A stretch of DNA of 55,656 nucleotides from an uncultured Rhodocyclaceae bacterium (GTDB taxonomy: Bacteria > Pseudomonadota > Gammaproteobacteria > Burkholderiales > Rhodocyclaceae). This document shows, piece after piece, positions 20,199-29,121 of this stretch. The position numbers and the translations under genes were made by a program. Numbering within the stretch: position 1 is the stretch's first letter; each line of letters starts with the position of its first letter. The DNA lies in NCBI GenBank assembly GCA_937892345.1, contig CALAGF010000377.1, forward strand, positions 1-55,656, written 5' to 3'. The notes beneath the pieces are model-generated. The model was given only the letters and a program-made list of their open reading frames with translations. It ran no database searches and was not told where the DNA came from.

Positions 20199-21323
20199 TT
20201 ATTTTTTTGCTGTATTCCGTTCACCAAAACGATGCTCAATCTCTGCCAGTGGCAGAGTCAAGTTCAATTCCTGATCCATCAATTTCAGCAATGGCAATAA
20301 TTCGAGTAACAGATTTTCCAAATGCGGCTTAACCGGCCCCGGACGCTTTGCTACCAGTAGCTGCAAGGCATGCTTCAAACCGATGGGCCGTACAGCCCCG
20401 GCTACGCCACCCGAATCCAAACGGTTACCCCCGGCACGCATTGCAGAATGCATCCGCTCGCCAGCCAGAGTCAGCAAATCCCCCGCCGAAGAAACTTTGT
20501 CGCCGGGTACACTCGCCAATCCGAGACTGACGGTCAATGCCAAGGGTCGTCCTTTGGCAGTCAGTTGGGATACCTCAACGGCCTGCCGCACGCGCTCGGC
20601 AAAAGTTGCGAAATACTCCGGCGCAGTACCAGGAGAGAGCACCGCAAACTGACCTGGAGCAAAATGGCCGAGGCTATCCTCCTTGCGCATTTTCGCTACC
20701 AGCATCCGGGCAAAACGATTTCCGACATCTTCGGCAACCGAGGGCCCTAACATTTGCTCCATCAAATCAAAACCATCGAATCCAAAAACCATCAGGCTGA
20801 CATCCCCGCCATGCCGTGCGACATGCGACAGCGCCTGCATTGCCTGAAGCTCAATATATTTTTTTGTAAACAAGCCACTGACGGGGTCGGCAACCATCTG
20901 CTTGCGACCTTCATCAAGCTCGTCCCGTGCCTTGGAAAGGGTCAGCAAATTATTCAAGCGAGTCAGCACTTCGTTGCCACCACAGCCTTTTGAAATGAAC
21001 TCTGAGGCACCAAGGCTGCGTGCCCGCGCTCGCTCTTCTTCCGTCTCTTCTCCGGTAACAAGAATGAAAGGCAGGCTCTGCAAGCGACGCAGCTTTGATG
21101 AGCGCATTCGCTCAAGCAACTGGTAGCCATCCAGTTTTGGCATGCTGAGGTCGGAGATCACCGCCTGGATGGATTGATCCAGTACCAAGGTCTGCCAAGC
21201 CGACTCTCCGTCAGCCTCCTCGCGAACTTCGTATGTCCCTTGGACTTGCTGAACCAAGGTCCGCCGAACCAGCCGCGAATCATCAACGACGAGAATGCGC
21301 GGCAAACCTGCCGCATCACTCAC
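20199..21323 (-). CDS. Response regulator with degenerate GGDEF domain
   Basis: REC domain RILVVDD..ISDLSMPKLDG; GGDEF-like fold with APGQF at the signature position; GTG start overlaps the upstream stop. Confidence 0.82.
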   Translation of the reverse strand: MSDAAGLPRILVVDDSRLVRRTLVQQVQGTYEVREEADGESAWQTLVLDQSIQAVISDLSMPKLDGYQLLERMRSSKLRRLQSLPFILVTGEETEEERARARSLGASEFISKGCGGNEVLTRLNNLLTLSKARDELDEGRKQMVADPVSGLFTKKYIELQAMQALSHVARHGGDVSLMVFGFDGFDLMEQMLGPSVAEDVGNRFARMLVAKMRKEDSLGHFAPGQFAVLSPGTAPEYFATFAERVRQAVEVSQLTAKGRPLALTVSLGLASVPGDKVSSAGDLLTLAGERMHSAMRAGGNRLDSGGVAGAVRPIGLKHALQLLVAKRPGPVKPHLENLLLELLPLLKLMDQELNLTLPLAEIEHRFGERNTAKK

Positions 21324-22311
21324 CGGCAATCTCCACGACGACACGTCCCTTGGCACGTCCATTGATGAAAGCATCAAAGGCTGACGGCAAATCATCAAAT
21401 GCGATTGAGCGGGTCATGTCAGCAAGGTGAGGAGGCCTGAGGTCACTGGCAAGGCGATCCCAAACACCACTTCGATATGGCTCACGGATATAGCCAGAAT
21501 CAACGCCCAGCAAGGAAACGCCTCGCAAAATAAATGGGGCCACAGTTGTATTCACCGCCATACCGGCCGCCAGGCCAATGGAGGCGATCGTACCTCCCTG
21601 CATCATGCCACTTGCAAGCCAAGCCAGATATTGACCGCCCAGATTATCCACTGCTCCAGCCCAGCGAGCGCGCTCCAGCGGCCTGAATTTGTCCAAATCA
21701 ATCGAGTCACGCAACATGATTTCATCAGCCCCAAGCATGCGCAGGTAATCCGCCTCCACGGCTTTACCGGTCAATGCGGTAACGCGATATCCCTTGGCTG
21801 ACAGCATGTCTACGGCAAGACTGCCCACACCACCAGTCGCACCGGTGACAATGACCGGCCCCTTGTCGGGATGCAAGCCATTCTCCTCCATACGAACAAT
21901 ACCCAAGGCAGCGGTAAATCCCGCAGTACCTAAAGCCATCGATTCAAACAGTGACATGTTTGCCGGTAACGGCACAACCCAATCGGCTGGGACACGGGCG
22001 AATTCCGCATAGCCGCCATGGTGAGCAACACCAATGTCAAAACTCGTTGCAATTACCTTCATACCCGGGGGAAAGCGCTTGTCACCACTCTCAACAACGA
22101 TGCCACAAAGATCGATGCCGCCCACACACGGAAAGCGCCTGATGATCTTCCCGGCACCGGTAGCGGCAAGCGCATCCTTGTAGTTGATACTGGAATAGGC
22201 AACTTTGATCAACACATCCCCAACATCAAGGCGGTCAGGTGACATCATTGTGAAATGATGCGCAACAACACCATTGCTGTCTTCTATCAGCAGGGCTTTG
22301 AACGACTCCAT
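21316..22311 (-). CDS. acuI: MDR-family oxidoreductase, YhdH/AcuI (acrylyl-CoA reductase)-like
   Basis: YSSINYKDALA, LGTAGFTAAL, VTGATGGVGS, PFILRGVSLLGVDS. Confidence 0.8.
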   Translation of the reverse strand: MESFKALLIEDSNGVVAHHFTMMSPDRLDVGDVLIKVAYSSINYKDALAATGAGKIIRRFPCVGGIDLCGIVVESGDKRFPPGMKVIATSFDIGVAHHGGYAEFARVPADWVVPLPANMSLFESMALGTAGFTAALGIVRMEENGLHPDKGPVIVTGATGGVGSLAVDMLSAKGYRVTALTGKAVEADYLRMLGADEIMLRDSIDLDKFRPLERARWAGAVDNLGGQYLAWLASGMMQGGTIASIGLAAGMAVNTTVAPFILRGVSLLGVDSGYIREPYRSGVWDRLASDLRPPHLADMTRSIAFDDLPSAFDAFINGRAKGRVVVEIAGE

Positions 22312-22404
22312 TATTGTTTGCTCCTCACATCTTTTTCCAAATTGTATTCATAATTACGGATTATGAACATACTTCCCGGGCAGGATAAAAATCCTCCAGG
22401 ACGC

Positions 22405-22433
22405 TTTACAGTATGTTCAATTTCCAATACATT
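22405..22433 (+). promoter_or_regulatory. Sigma70 promoter for NlpC/P60 gene, leaderless-type
   Basis: TTTACA-17 nt-TACATT; the -10 ends 8 nt before ATG 22442. Confidence 0.55.
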
Positions 22434-22441
22434 GCGTCGCT

Positions 22442-22948
22442 ATGCATTTTTCACCAAACAAGTTCATAACAGCTTTTTTCTTGGCATTCACGATGCTGGG
22501 TTCTGCTGTGGCTGACGAACCATTGAGAAAGCCAACGAGCCAGCCATCCCTGCTCGAACGCTACACGAGCGCCACTCAGGAAGTCATCCTTGAGGGCTTG
22601 CGCTTGGTCGGCGTGAGATATCAATTAGGTGGCACCAGTGAAAATGGCTTGGATTGCAGCGGATTCGTGCAGAAAGTGTTCCAGAACAGTGTAGGCGCCT
22701 ACCTGCCTCGTACGGCTCGCGAGCAAAGCGAAATTGGCACTCAGGTTGACATCAACCAACTCAAGGCTGGGGATCTCGTGTTCTTCAACACCATGCGGCG
22801 CACGTTTTCACATGTTGGAATTTATCTGGGTGACAACCATTTCCTGCATGCGCCTCGCTCAGGCGCAGAAGTCCGTATTGAAAACATGGACAGCTCCTAC
22901 TGGATGTCTCGATATAACGGCGCCCGGCGAATTATCGAAGGGCAATAA
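22442..22948 (+). CDS. NlpC/P60 (C40) peptidoglycan endopeptidase
   Basis: Signal peptide; GLDCSGFV, LPRTAREQ, GDLVFF, SHVGIYLG..FLHAP. Confidence 0.93.
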   Translation: MHFSPNKFITAFFLAFTMLGSAVADEPLRKPTSQPSLLERYTSATQEVILEGLRLVGVRYQLGGTSENGLDCSGFVQKVFQNSVGAYLPRTAREQSEIGTQVDINQLKAGDLVFFNTMRRTFSHVGIYLGDNHFLHAPRSGAEVRIENMDSSYWMSRYNGARRIIEGQ

Positions 22949-22951
22949 ATC

Positions 22952-22976
22952 AAGCAGCGTTGCGCTGCTTTTTTTT
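22952..22976 (+). terminator. Intrinsic terminator after NlpC/P60 gene
   Basis: AAGCAGCG-TTG-CGCTGCTT followed by T6. Confidence 0.85.
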
Positions 22977-22988
22977 ACCTCTTCAAAA

Positions 22989-23041
22989 GATAACGAATCT
23001 CATTTAATATTTACAAACTGTTTTAACGAATCATTCTCATA
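22989..23041. promoter_or_regulatory. Two Fur-box-like sites upstream of fbpA
   Basis: GATAACGAATCTCATTTAA (22989-23007) and TTAACGAATCATTCTCATA (23023-23041) resemble the Fur consensus and sit upstream of an Fe3+-binding protein. Confidence 0.6.
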
Positions 23042-23063
23042 TTGTTTAATGAAGGAGCCTGCG

Positions 23064-24080
23064 ATGAAGTTAATCCCCTCGTTGATTGCTTTCTGTCTGG
23101 CAGCGAGTGGCATTGGCCTGCATGCGGAAGAGAACGTTCTTAACCTGTATTCAGCACGTCACTACCAAACTGATGAAGCCCTCTATACCGGATTCTCCCG
23201 ACAAACAGGTATCCGAATTAACCGTATTGAGGGCAAGGAAGAAGAATTGCTTGAGCGCATCAGGAACGAAGGAAGCAACAGCCCGGCGGACATTCTGATC
23301 ACTGTTGATGCATCGAGACTGGCAAAAGCCCACGAACTGGGACTCTTTGCACCACTTCACTCCAAAGTGCTGGAAAAGCGGATTCCTTCGCATTTAAGAA
23401 CTGATGACTGGGTCGCCTTTTCGACCCGAGCACGGGTCATCATCTACAACAAGAAAACGACTTCTCCAGAAACAGTGCGCAACTACGCAGATTTAGCCGG
23501 GCCTGGACTAAAGGGGCGCTTCTGTTCACGCTCGGGATCCCACCCCTACAATCTCTCGCTGATGGCATCGATCATTGCCAACCAGGGCGAAACCAAAGCT
23601 GAAGAAATCGCGCGTGGCATGGTCGCCAATTTCGCCCGGATGCCCAAGGGTGGCGATACTGACCAGATTCGCGCAGTAGCAGCAGGTGAATGCGGCGTGG
23701 CAATTTCCAATAGCTACTATGTTGCCCGCCTGATACGTTCCACCAAAACTGAGGATATTCAGACCATGGAGAAGGTCGGTGTAATCTGGCCCAATCAGCA
23801 AACAACCGGCACCCACATCAATGTTTCGGGTGCCGGAATTCTCAAGCATGCCCCGCACAAGGACGCCGCAATGCGCTTCCTTGAATATCTTGCATCAGAC
23901 GATGCCCAGCGTTATTTTGCCGATGGCAACAACGAGTGGCCAGTCGTTACTGGTGTCAAGGTGGACAACCCCGCATTGAGTAAACTGGGGCCTTTCAAAG
24001 CCGACAAACTGCCGATCGAACGACTGGCAATGTACCAATCAAAAGCACAGATGATCTTTGATCGCGTCGGATTCAAATAA
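23064..24080 (+). CDS. fbpA: Fe(3+) ABC transporter substrate-binding protein (FbpA/FutA type)
   Basis: LNLYSARHY, SPADILITVD, SHPYNLSL, GGDTDQIRAV, NSYY iron-ligand Tyr pair; AAGGAG RBS. Confidence 0.92.
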   Translation: MKLIPSLIAFCLAASGIGLHAEENVLNLYSARHYQTDEALYTGFSRQTGIRINRIEGKEEELLERIRNEGSNSPADILITVDASRLAKAHELGLFAPLHSKVLEKRIPSHLRTDDWVAFSTRARVIIYNKKTTSPETVRNYADLAGPGLKGRFCSRSGSHPYNLSLMASIIANQGETKAEEIARGMVANFARMPKGGDTDQIRAVAAGECGVAISNSYYVARLIRSTKTEDIQTMEKVGVIWPNQQTTGTHINVSGAGILKHAPHKDAAMRFLEYLASDDAQRYFADGNNEWPVVTGVKVDNPALSKLGPFKADKLPIERLAMYQSKAQMIFDRVGFK

Positions 24081-24141
24081 ATCCGCACTCGCCAAGGACG
24101 GATGATTCCCCTAGAATCGTCCGTCGGCGAGGATAGAAACC

Positions 24142-24828
24142 ATGACATCCAGAAAATTTGGTGCCAGCAAACTGATCACGGCAATCAAAGCGAACGATCT
24201 CGAGAACGTGATCGCAGCGCTCAATGAGGGTGATGATATTGAAGAAGCGGATATCCACGGATTTCGCGGACTCCCCCTGCGTACAGCGTGCTTTGGTGGC
24301 AATCTTGAGATCATCCGTCATCTCCTTGATTGCGGCGCCGACGTAAATGCAAAAACTGCCAATGGCACCGGAGCGCCTCTACGCTCTGCACTTAGGGCCG
24401 GACACCGCCAAATAGCTGCTTTGATTCTGTCCCACGATGCAGAAATTCCCGCCGACGTCTTGATCGATCCGGACCTTCGCTCGCTGGCCGACGCAATCAA
24501 AAATGGCACGGAAACCTTGCAGACCGCCCCCTGTATTCCTGGCGTAAAGGTGCCGAAGGAACGTCCGGACCTGGAATTCCGTCCTCCGGAACCTGTCGTT
24601 GTAGAAAAAAAGGAGACCAGCATTGCCGACTTCCTCAGCTCGCTTCCCGAGCATCTCATGGAGGAAGTAAATCTCAAGGGTGGCTTCTACGGTGTAGACA
24701 CCAACATCCTGACCATGGATTTCGAACAAAGCGAAGAACGCTGGAAGAAGCCAGGCGAAGCTCCCGCGGATTCATCTGAGCCCCCTCCTCCGCCACCCAA
24801 AGGTGGATTCTGGAAAAGCGGGAGCTAA
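24142..24828 (+). CDS. Cytoplasmic ankyrin-repeat protein with acidic/Pro-rich tail
   Basis: GLPLRTACFGGNLEIIRHLLDCGADVNA, APLRSALRAGHRQIAALIL. Confidence 0.8.
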   Translation: MTSRKFGASKLITAIKANDLENVIAALNEGDDIEEADIHGFRGLPLRTACFGGNLEIIRHLLDCGADVNAKTANGTGAPLRSALRAGHRQIAALILSHDAEIPADVLIDPDLRSLADAIKNGTETLQTAPCIPGVKVPKERPDLEFRPPEPVVVEKKETSIADFLSSLPEHLMEEVNLKGGFYGVDTNILTMDFEQSEERWKKPGEAPADSSEPPPPPPKGGFWKSGS

Positions 24829-24835
24829 TCCCTTA

Positions 24836-26470
24836 TTACCGGCGCCTTGATGCCGTGATTTGCTTGGACAAAAGGATCAGCGGCAGCAAGCCAACCAGCA
24901 CGATCGCCAGTGATGCGGTGGATGCCTCGGCAAGCCGCTCGTCCGATGCAAGGGTATAAGCCTGAGTCGCTAGCGTATCGAAATTGAAGGGGCGCATCAC
25001 CAGCGTCGCCGGTAGCTCCTTCATGACATCGACAAAAACCAGCAATCCCGCTGTCAGCAAACTGCCGCGCAGCAGCGGGGCATGTACACGCAGCAAGGTC
25101 GCACCCTGCCCCAAACCCAAACTTCTGGCTGCGTCATCCATGCTGGGTGTGATCTTCGACAAGCTGGACTCAACCGTGTGCAGTGCAACTGCCAGAAAAC
25201 GCACCAGATAAGCATAAACCAGCGCCGCAATTCCCCCCGTCAGCAACAGGCCGGGATTATGGCCAAAGCAGCTTTCCCAAATCCCCGCGAGCCAATTGTC
25301 GAGTCGCGTGACAGGAATCAACACACCGACGGCAATGACTGCTCCCGGCACGGCGTAGCCTAAACCTACAAGTCGGTTCAAGCCCTTCGCGAAGGCACTT
25401 TTAGACAGGCGCGCGCCATACGCTAGCAACAAGGCCAACAGTACGGCGGTCAGGGCGGTGGTTCCCGCCAGAACAAAACTATTCCTCGCGAGCACCAGAA
25501 AGCGCAAGCCAAACTGCGCATCACCTTCAGTCAAGGCCATCTTCAGCAGCAAGCCAGCGGGCAGAATGAATCCGAGCAGGAGCGGCAAAAAACAAAACAA
25601 GGCAGCCAGCCAGCCACGAATGCCGGAAAGATGCCCCAAGACGCCGCGGTTCCGCCCAGTGGTGTTGTGATAGCGGGCACGGCCTCGGGAAATATGCTCA
25701 ACCGTCAGCAGAAGCAGCACAAATCCGAGCAACATAGCCGCCAGTTGGGCTGCGGCAACCCGGTCGCCCAAAGAGAACCAAGCCCGATAAATACCCGTTG
25801 TGAAGGTGTTGACCGCGAAATAGGCCACGGTGCCGTAATCCGCCAGGGTTTCCATGAGCGCAAGCGCAACGCCTGCCATGATCGCAGGCCGTGCCAAAGG
25901 CAGTGAAATCGAGAAGAATCCCCGCCATGGCCCCATACCCAAAGTACGGGCAGCTTCTAGCATGCCGCTTGCGCGCTCCAGAAAAGCGGTGCGTGCCAAC
26001 AAATAAACATAGGGATAAAGCACGCAGATAAACATCAGCATGGCACCAGGCAAGGTACGAACATCAGGAAACCAGTAGTCGCCGAACTCCCAACCAAAGG
26101 CGTTGCGCAAGGCCGTCTGAACCGGTCCGGCAAATTGCAGGAAGTCCGTGTACACGTAGGCCATGACATACGCCGGAACAGCCAGCGGCAAGACCAATGC
26201 CCATTCGAAAAAGCGGCTCCCCGGAAAAACATGCATTGACGTCAGCCATGCCGCAGTCACGCCAAGGATTGCTACACCAAGCCCAACTCCGACACAAAGC
26301 CACAAGGAGTTGCTGATGTATTCGGGCAATACGGTATTGACCAGATGTTGCCAAGTCTCACCGGTACCCCCCGCAAGCAGATTCAAACCCACGCTGGCCA
26401 CCGGCATGCCCGCCAGAAAGGCAACAGCAACACCGATAACGAGAAGGGGCGAAAAGCTCGAGAAACGCAT
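24836..26470 (-). CDS. fbpB: Fe(3+) ABC transporter permease
   Basis: PLAVPAYVMAY, EAARTLG, METLADYG, DAARSLG, KELPATL..RPFNFDTLA. Confidence 0.93.
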   Translation of the reverse strand: MRFSSFSPLLVIGVAVAFLAGMPVASVGLNLLAGGTGETWQHLVNTVLPEYISNSLWLCVGVGLGVAILGVTAAWLTSMHVFPGSRFFEWALVLPLAVPAYVMAYVYTDFLQFAGPVQTALRNAFGWEFGDYWFPDVRTLPGAMLMFICVLYPYVYLLARTAFLERASGMLEAARTLGMGPWRGFFSISLPLARPAIMAGVALALMETLADYGTVAYFAVNTFTTGIYRAWFSLGDRVAAAQLAAMLLGFVLLLLTVEHISRGRARYHNTTGRNRGVLGHLSGIRGWLAALFCFLPLLLGFILPAGLLLKMALTEGDAQFGLRFLVLARNSFVLAGTTALTAVLLALLLAYGARLSKSAFAKGLNRLVGLGYAVPGAVIAVGVLIPVTRLDNWLAGIWESCFGHNPGLLLTGGIAALVYAYLVRFLAVALHTVESSLSKITPSMDDAARSLGLGQGATLLRVHAPLLRGSLLTAGLLVFVDVMKELPATLVMRPFNFDTLATQAYTLASDERLAEASTASLAIVLVGLLPLILLSKQITASRRR

Positions 26471-26477
26471 AACCTGT

Positions 26478-26497
26478 AAATGCGAATTATAATCGAA
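26478..26497. promoter_or_regulatory. Bidirectional -10 (ATTATAAT) inside a Fur-box-like site
   Basis: TATAAT on + (26488-26493) and on - (26491-26486) within the 32-bp fbpB/fbpC spacer. Confidence 0.6.
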
Positions 26498-26502
26498 GCA
26501 CT

Positions 26503-27639
26503 ATGGCACAACTTGAAATCAATTCACTGATTCAACGCTACGGAAAACACACCGTGGTCGATGGCGTCAGCTTCCGTCTGGAAGCTGGACAAATTGCCTG
26601 CCTCCTTGGTCCGTCCGGATGCGGCAAGACCACTTTGCTACGGTGCATCGCCGGCTTCGAGGACATCGCCGGCGGAGAAATCAGGCTGCACGGTACACAG
26701 GTCAGTCGTGCCGGGATGCGTACCGCACCAGAGAAACGCCGCATCGGCATGGTATTTCAGGATTACGCCCTGTTTCCGCATCTGACGATCAATCAGAACG
26801 TTGCCTTTGGGCTGGGAAAACTCAAGCCCGAAGATGCCAGCTTGCGCGTGCGCCAGCTGCTGGCGACAGTCGGTCTCTCCGGACAGGGAGAAAAATTCCC
26901 CCACGAACTCTCAGGAGGGCAGCAACAGCGGGTTGCACTGGCACGCGCACTGGCGCCACGCCCGGAATTGATCCTGCTCGACGAGCCTTTCTCCAATCTG
27001 GATGTTGGCTTGCGCGAACGGCTCTCGGTCGAGGTCCGCGAAATTCTCAAAAGAGAAGGGTCGACCGCCATCATGGTGACCCACGATCAGCATGAAGCTT
27101 TCGCCATGGCCGACGAAATCGGCCTGATGCACGAAGGGCGGATTCAACAGTGGGACGTGCCATACAACCTCTACCACCGGCCAGCCAACCGTTTCGTTGC
27201 CGACTTCATCGGCCAGGGGGTGCTGGTTGCGGGCGTGGTGGGCGACGGCAACAGTGTACGCATGGAACTGGGCACGCTGACCTCGGACACCCCTGTTCAA
27301 TGCAGCGAAAGCTGCGCCAACTGCGACCAGGGCTGCCAGGTGGACATCCTGCTGCGCCCGGATGACATCGTGCACGACGATGCCAGTCCGGTTCACGCCG
27401 AAGTTCTGCACAAGGCTTTTCGTGGCGCAGATATTCTCTACACCCTGCGTCTGTCCAGCGGCACCGAGGTGCTCTCGCTCGTGCCGTCACACCACGACCA
27501 TGCACTGGGGGAGAAAATCGGCATTCGCCTCGATGCCGACCACGTTATTGCCTTCAAGCGCAACGATGCGTGTGACGAACCGGACTGCAACATCCGCACC
27601 GGGCAGGTTTTGACCCAACCGATCCACTGGCAGGACTGA
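26503..27639 (+). CDS. fbpC: Fe(3+) ABC transporter ATP-binding protein
   Basis: GPSGCGKT, VFQDYALFPH, LSGGQQQRVALARAL, LLDEPFS, VTHDQ. Confidence 0.9.
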   Translation: MAQLEINSLIQRYGKHTVVDGVSFRLEAGQIACLLGPSGCGKTTLLRCIAGFEDIAGGEIRLHGTQVSRAGMRTAPEKRRIGMVFQDYALFPHLTINQNVAFGLGKLKPEDASLRVRQLLATVGLSGQGEKFPHELSGGQQQRVALARALAPRPELILLDEPFSNLDVGLRERLSVEVREILKREGSTAIMVTHDQHEAFAMADEIGLMHEGRIQQWDVPYNLYHRPANRFVADFIGQGVLVAGVVGDGNSVRMELGTLTSDTPVQCSESCANCDQGCQVDILLRPDDIVHDDASPVHAEVLHKAFRGADILYTLRLSSGTEVLSLVPSHHDHALGEKIGIRLDADHVIAFKRNDACDEPDCNIRTGQVLTQPIHWQD

Positions 27640-27652
27640 AACCCCGGTCGCG

Positions 27653-28357
27653 ATGATTCCTCTGCTGGGTCCGACGGATGATTTTCCATCCCTTGCAAGC
27701 ATCCGTGACGACATGGGTGGATTATTGGCTGCCGGTGGCGGACTGGCACCAGAACGTATTCTCGACGCCTATCGCCGGGGCATCTTTCCGTGGGGTACTG
27801 TTGAAGGGCACCCGATCTGGTACAGCCCCGATCCCCGCATGGTCCTGATCCCCGAGAAATTCCGCATCACCCGCTCGCTACGCAAAACACTGCGCAATGG
27901 CAAGTTGACCGTAAGATTCGACACCCGCTTCGCTGATGTCATGGCCGCTTGCGCCAATACGCCGCGCCCCGGTCAAGACGGTACCTGGATCGATACCCCG
28001 ATGCGTACCGCCTATCAGCAACTGCACATGCTCGGCTGGGCCCATTCGGTCGAAACCTACGCCGACGGCAAACTGGTTGGCGGGCTCTACGGGCTGGCCA
28101 TCGGACGCATGTTCTACGGCGAATCCATGTTCAGCCTGCAGCCAGACGCCTCAAAATGCGCCTTCGCCCACCTGATCCGCTATCTTCTTGAACAGGAATT
28201 CGGGATGATCGACTGCCAAATGCACACGCCACACTTGGCCTCGCTCGGTGGAGAAGATATCCCCCGCAGTGATTTTCTCGTTCGCCTGCAACAACTGATT
28301 GCCCATCACAAGCCTCCAGGCCAATGGCCTGAATTGCCGCCCCCAACCCTCTGGTAA
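27653..28357 (+). CDS. aat: Leucyl/phenylalanyl-tRNA--protein transferase
   Basis: [45 protein letters not shown]. Confidence 0.96.
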   Translation: MIPLLGPTDDFPSLASIRDDMGGLLAAGGGLAPERILDAYRRGIFPWGTVEGHPIWYSPDPRMVLIPEKFRITRSLRKTLRNGKLTVRFDTRFADVMAACANTPRPGQDGTWIDTPMRTAYQQLHMLGWAHSVETYADGKLVGGLYGLAIGRMFYGESMFSLQPDASKCAFAHLIRYLLEQEFGMIDCQMHTPHLASLGGEDIPRSDFLVRLQQLIAHHKPPGQWPELPPPTLW

Positions 28358-28359
28358 GC

Positions 28360-29121
28360 ATGTCCCAGCCCGACGACGCCAAACTGCCCTATTCGCTGCT
28401 TCAGTTCTACGCGACTTCGCCCTATCCGTGCAGCTACCTGCCGGACCGGATGGCGCGCTCACAAGTGGCGACACCCACCCACCTGATCGACAGCAAAATC
28501 TACAGCACGCTCGTCAACAAAGGTTTTCGGCGTAGCGGCATCTTTACCTACCGCCCTCACTGCGACCACTGCAAGGCCTGCATTCCGGTCCGACTGCCGG
28601 TCGAACAATTGCTGCCGAAACGCAATCAGCGACGTGCGCTCAAACACCACGGCAATCTGATCGCCCGCGAAATGCCGCTGATGTTTTTCACCGAGCATTA
28701 CGAACTCTATGTGCGCTACCAGAACAGCCGGCATGCCGGCGGCGGCATGGATGAAGACAATCATGACCAATACGCACAGTTCCTGCTGCAAAGCCGGGTC
28801 GATACCCGCCTGATCGCTTTTAGCGAAGGTGACACGCTGCGCATGGTCAGCCTGATCGACGTGCTCGAAGATGGCTTGTCATCGGTCTACACTTTCTTCG
28901 ATCCCGACATTCCCGGTGCCAGCTACGGCATCTACAACATTCTCTGGCAAGCAGCGCAATGCCGCGAACTCGGCCTGCCCTACCTCTATCTTGGCTACTG
29001 GATTGCGGAAAGCCGCAAGATGTCCTACAAATCCGACTTCCGGCCGATTGAAGGCCTGATTGATGGTCAATGGACGCCCCTGCCAGCAAGCACTCAACTG
29101 CCAAATCAGAAAGACGCATGA
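28360..29121 (+). CDS. bpt: Aspartate/glutamate leucyltransferase (ATE1-like, Bpt)
   Basis: [43 protein letters not shown]. Confidence 0.93.
   Translation: MSQPDDAKLPYSLLQFYATSPYPCSYLPDRMARSQVATPTHLIDSKIYSTLVNKGFRRSGIFTYRPHCDHCKACIPVRLPVEQLLPKRNQRRALKHHGNLIAREMPLMFFTEHYELYVRYQNSRHAGGGMDEDNHDQYAQFLLQSRVDTRLIAFSEGDTLRMVSLIDVLEDGLSSVYTFFDPDIPGASYGIYNILWQAAQCRELGLPYLYLGYWIAESRKMSYKSDFRPIEGLIDGQWTPLPASTQLPNQKDA

Noticed and set aside
22734-23063. Long N-terminal extensions in the ORF track (fbpA here; also ubiG, rsxC, rsxG, nth)
   Set aside because: They overlap upstream genes, terminators or promoters; downstream starts match family N-termini.
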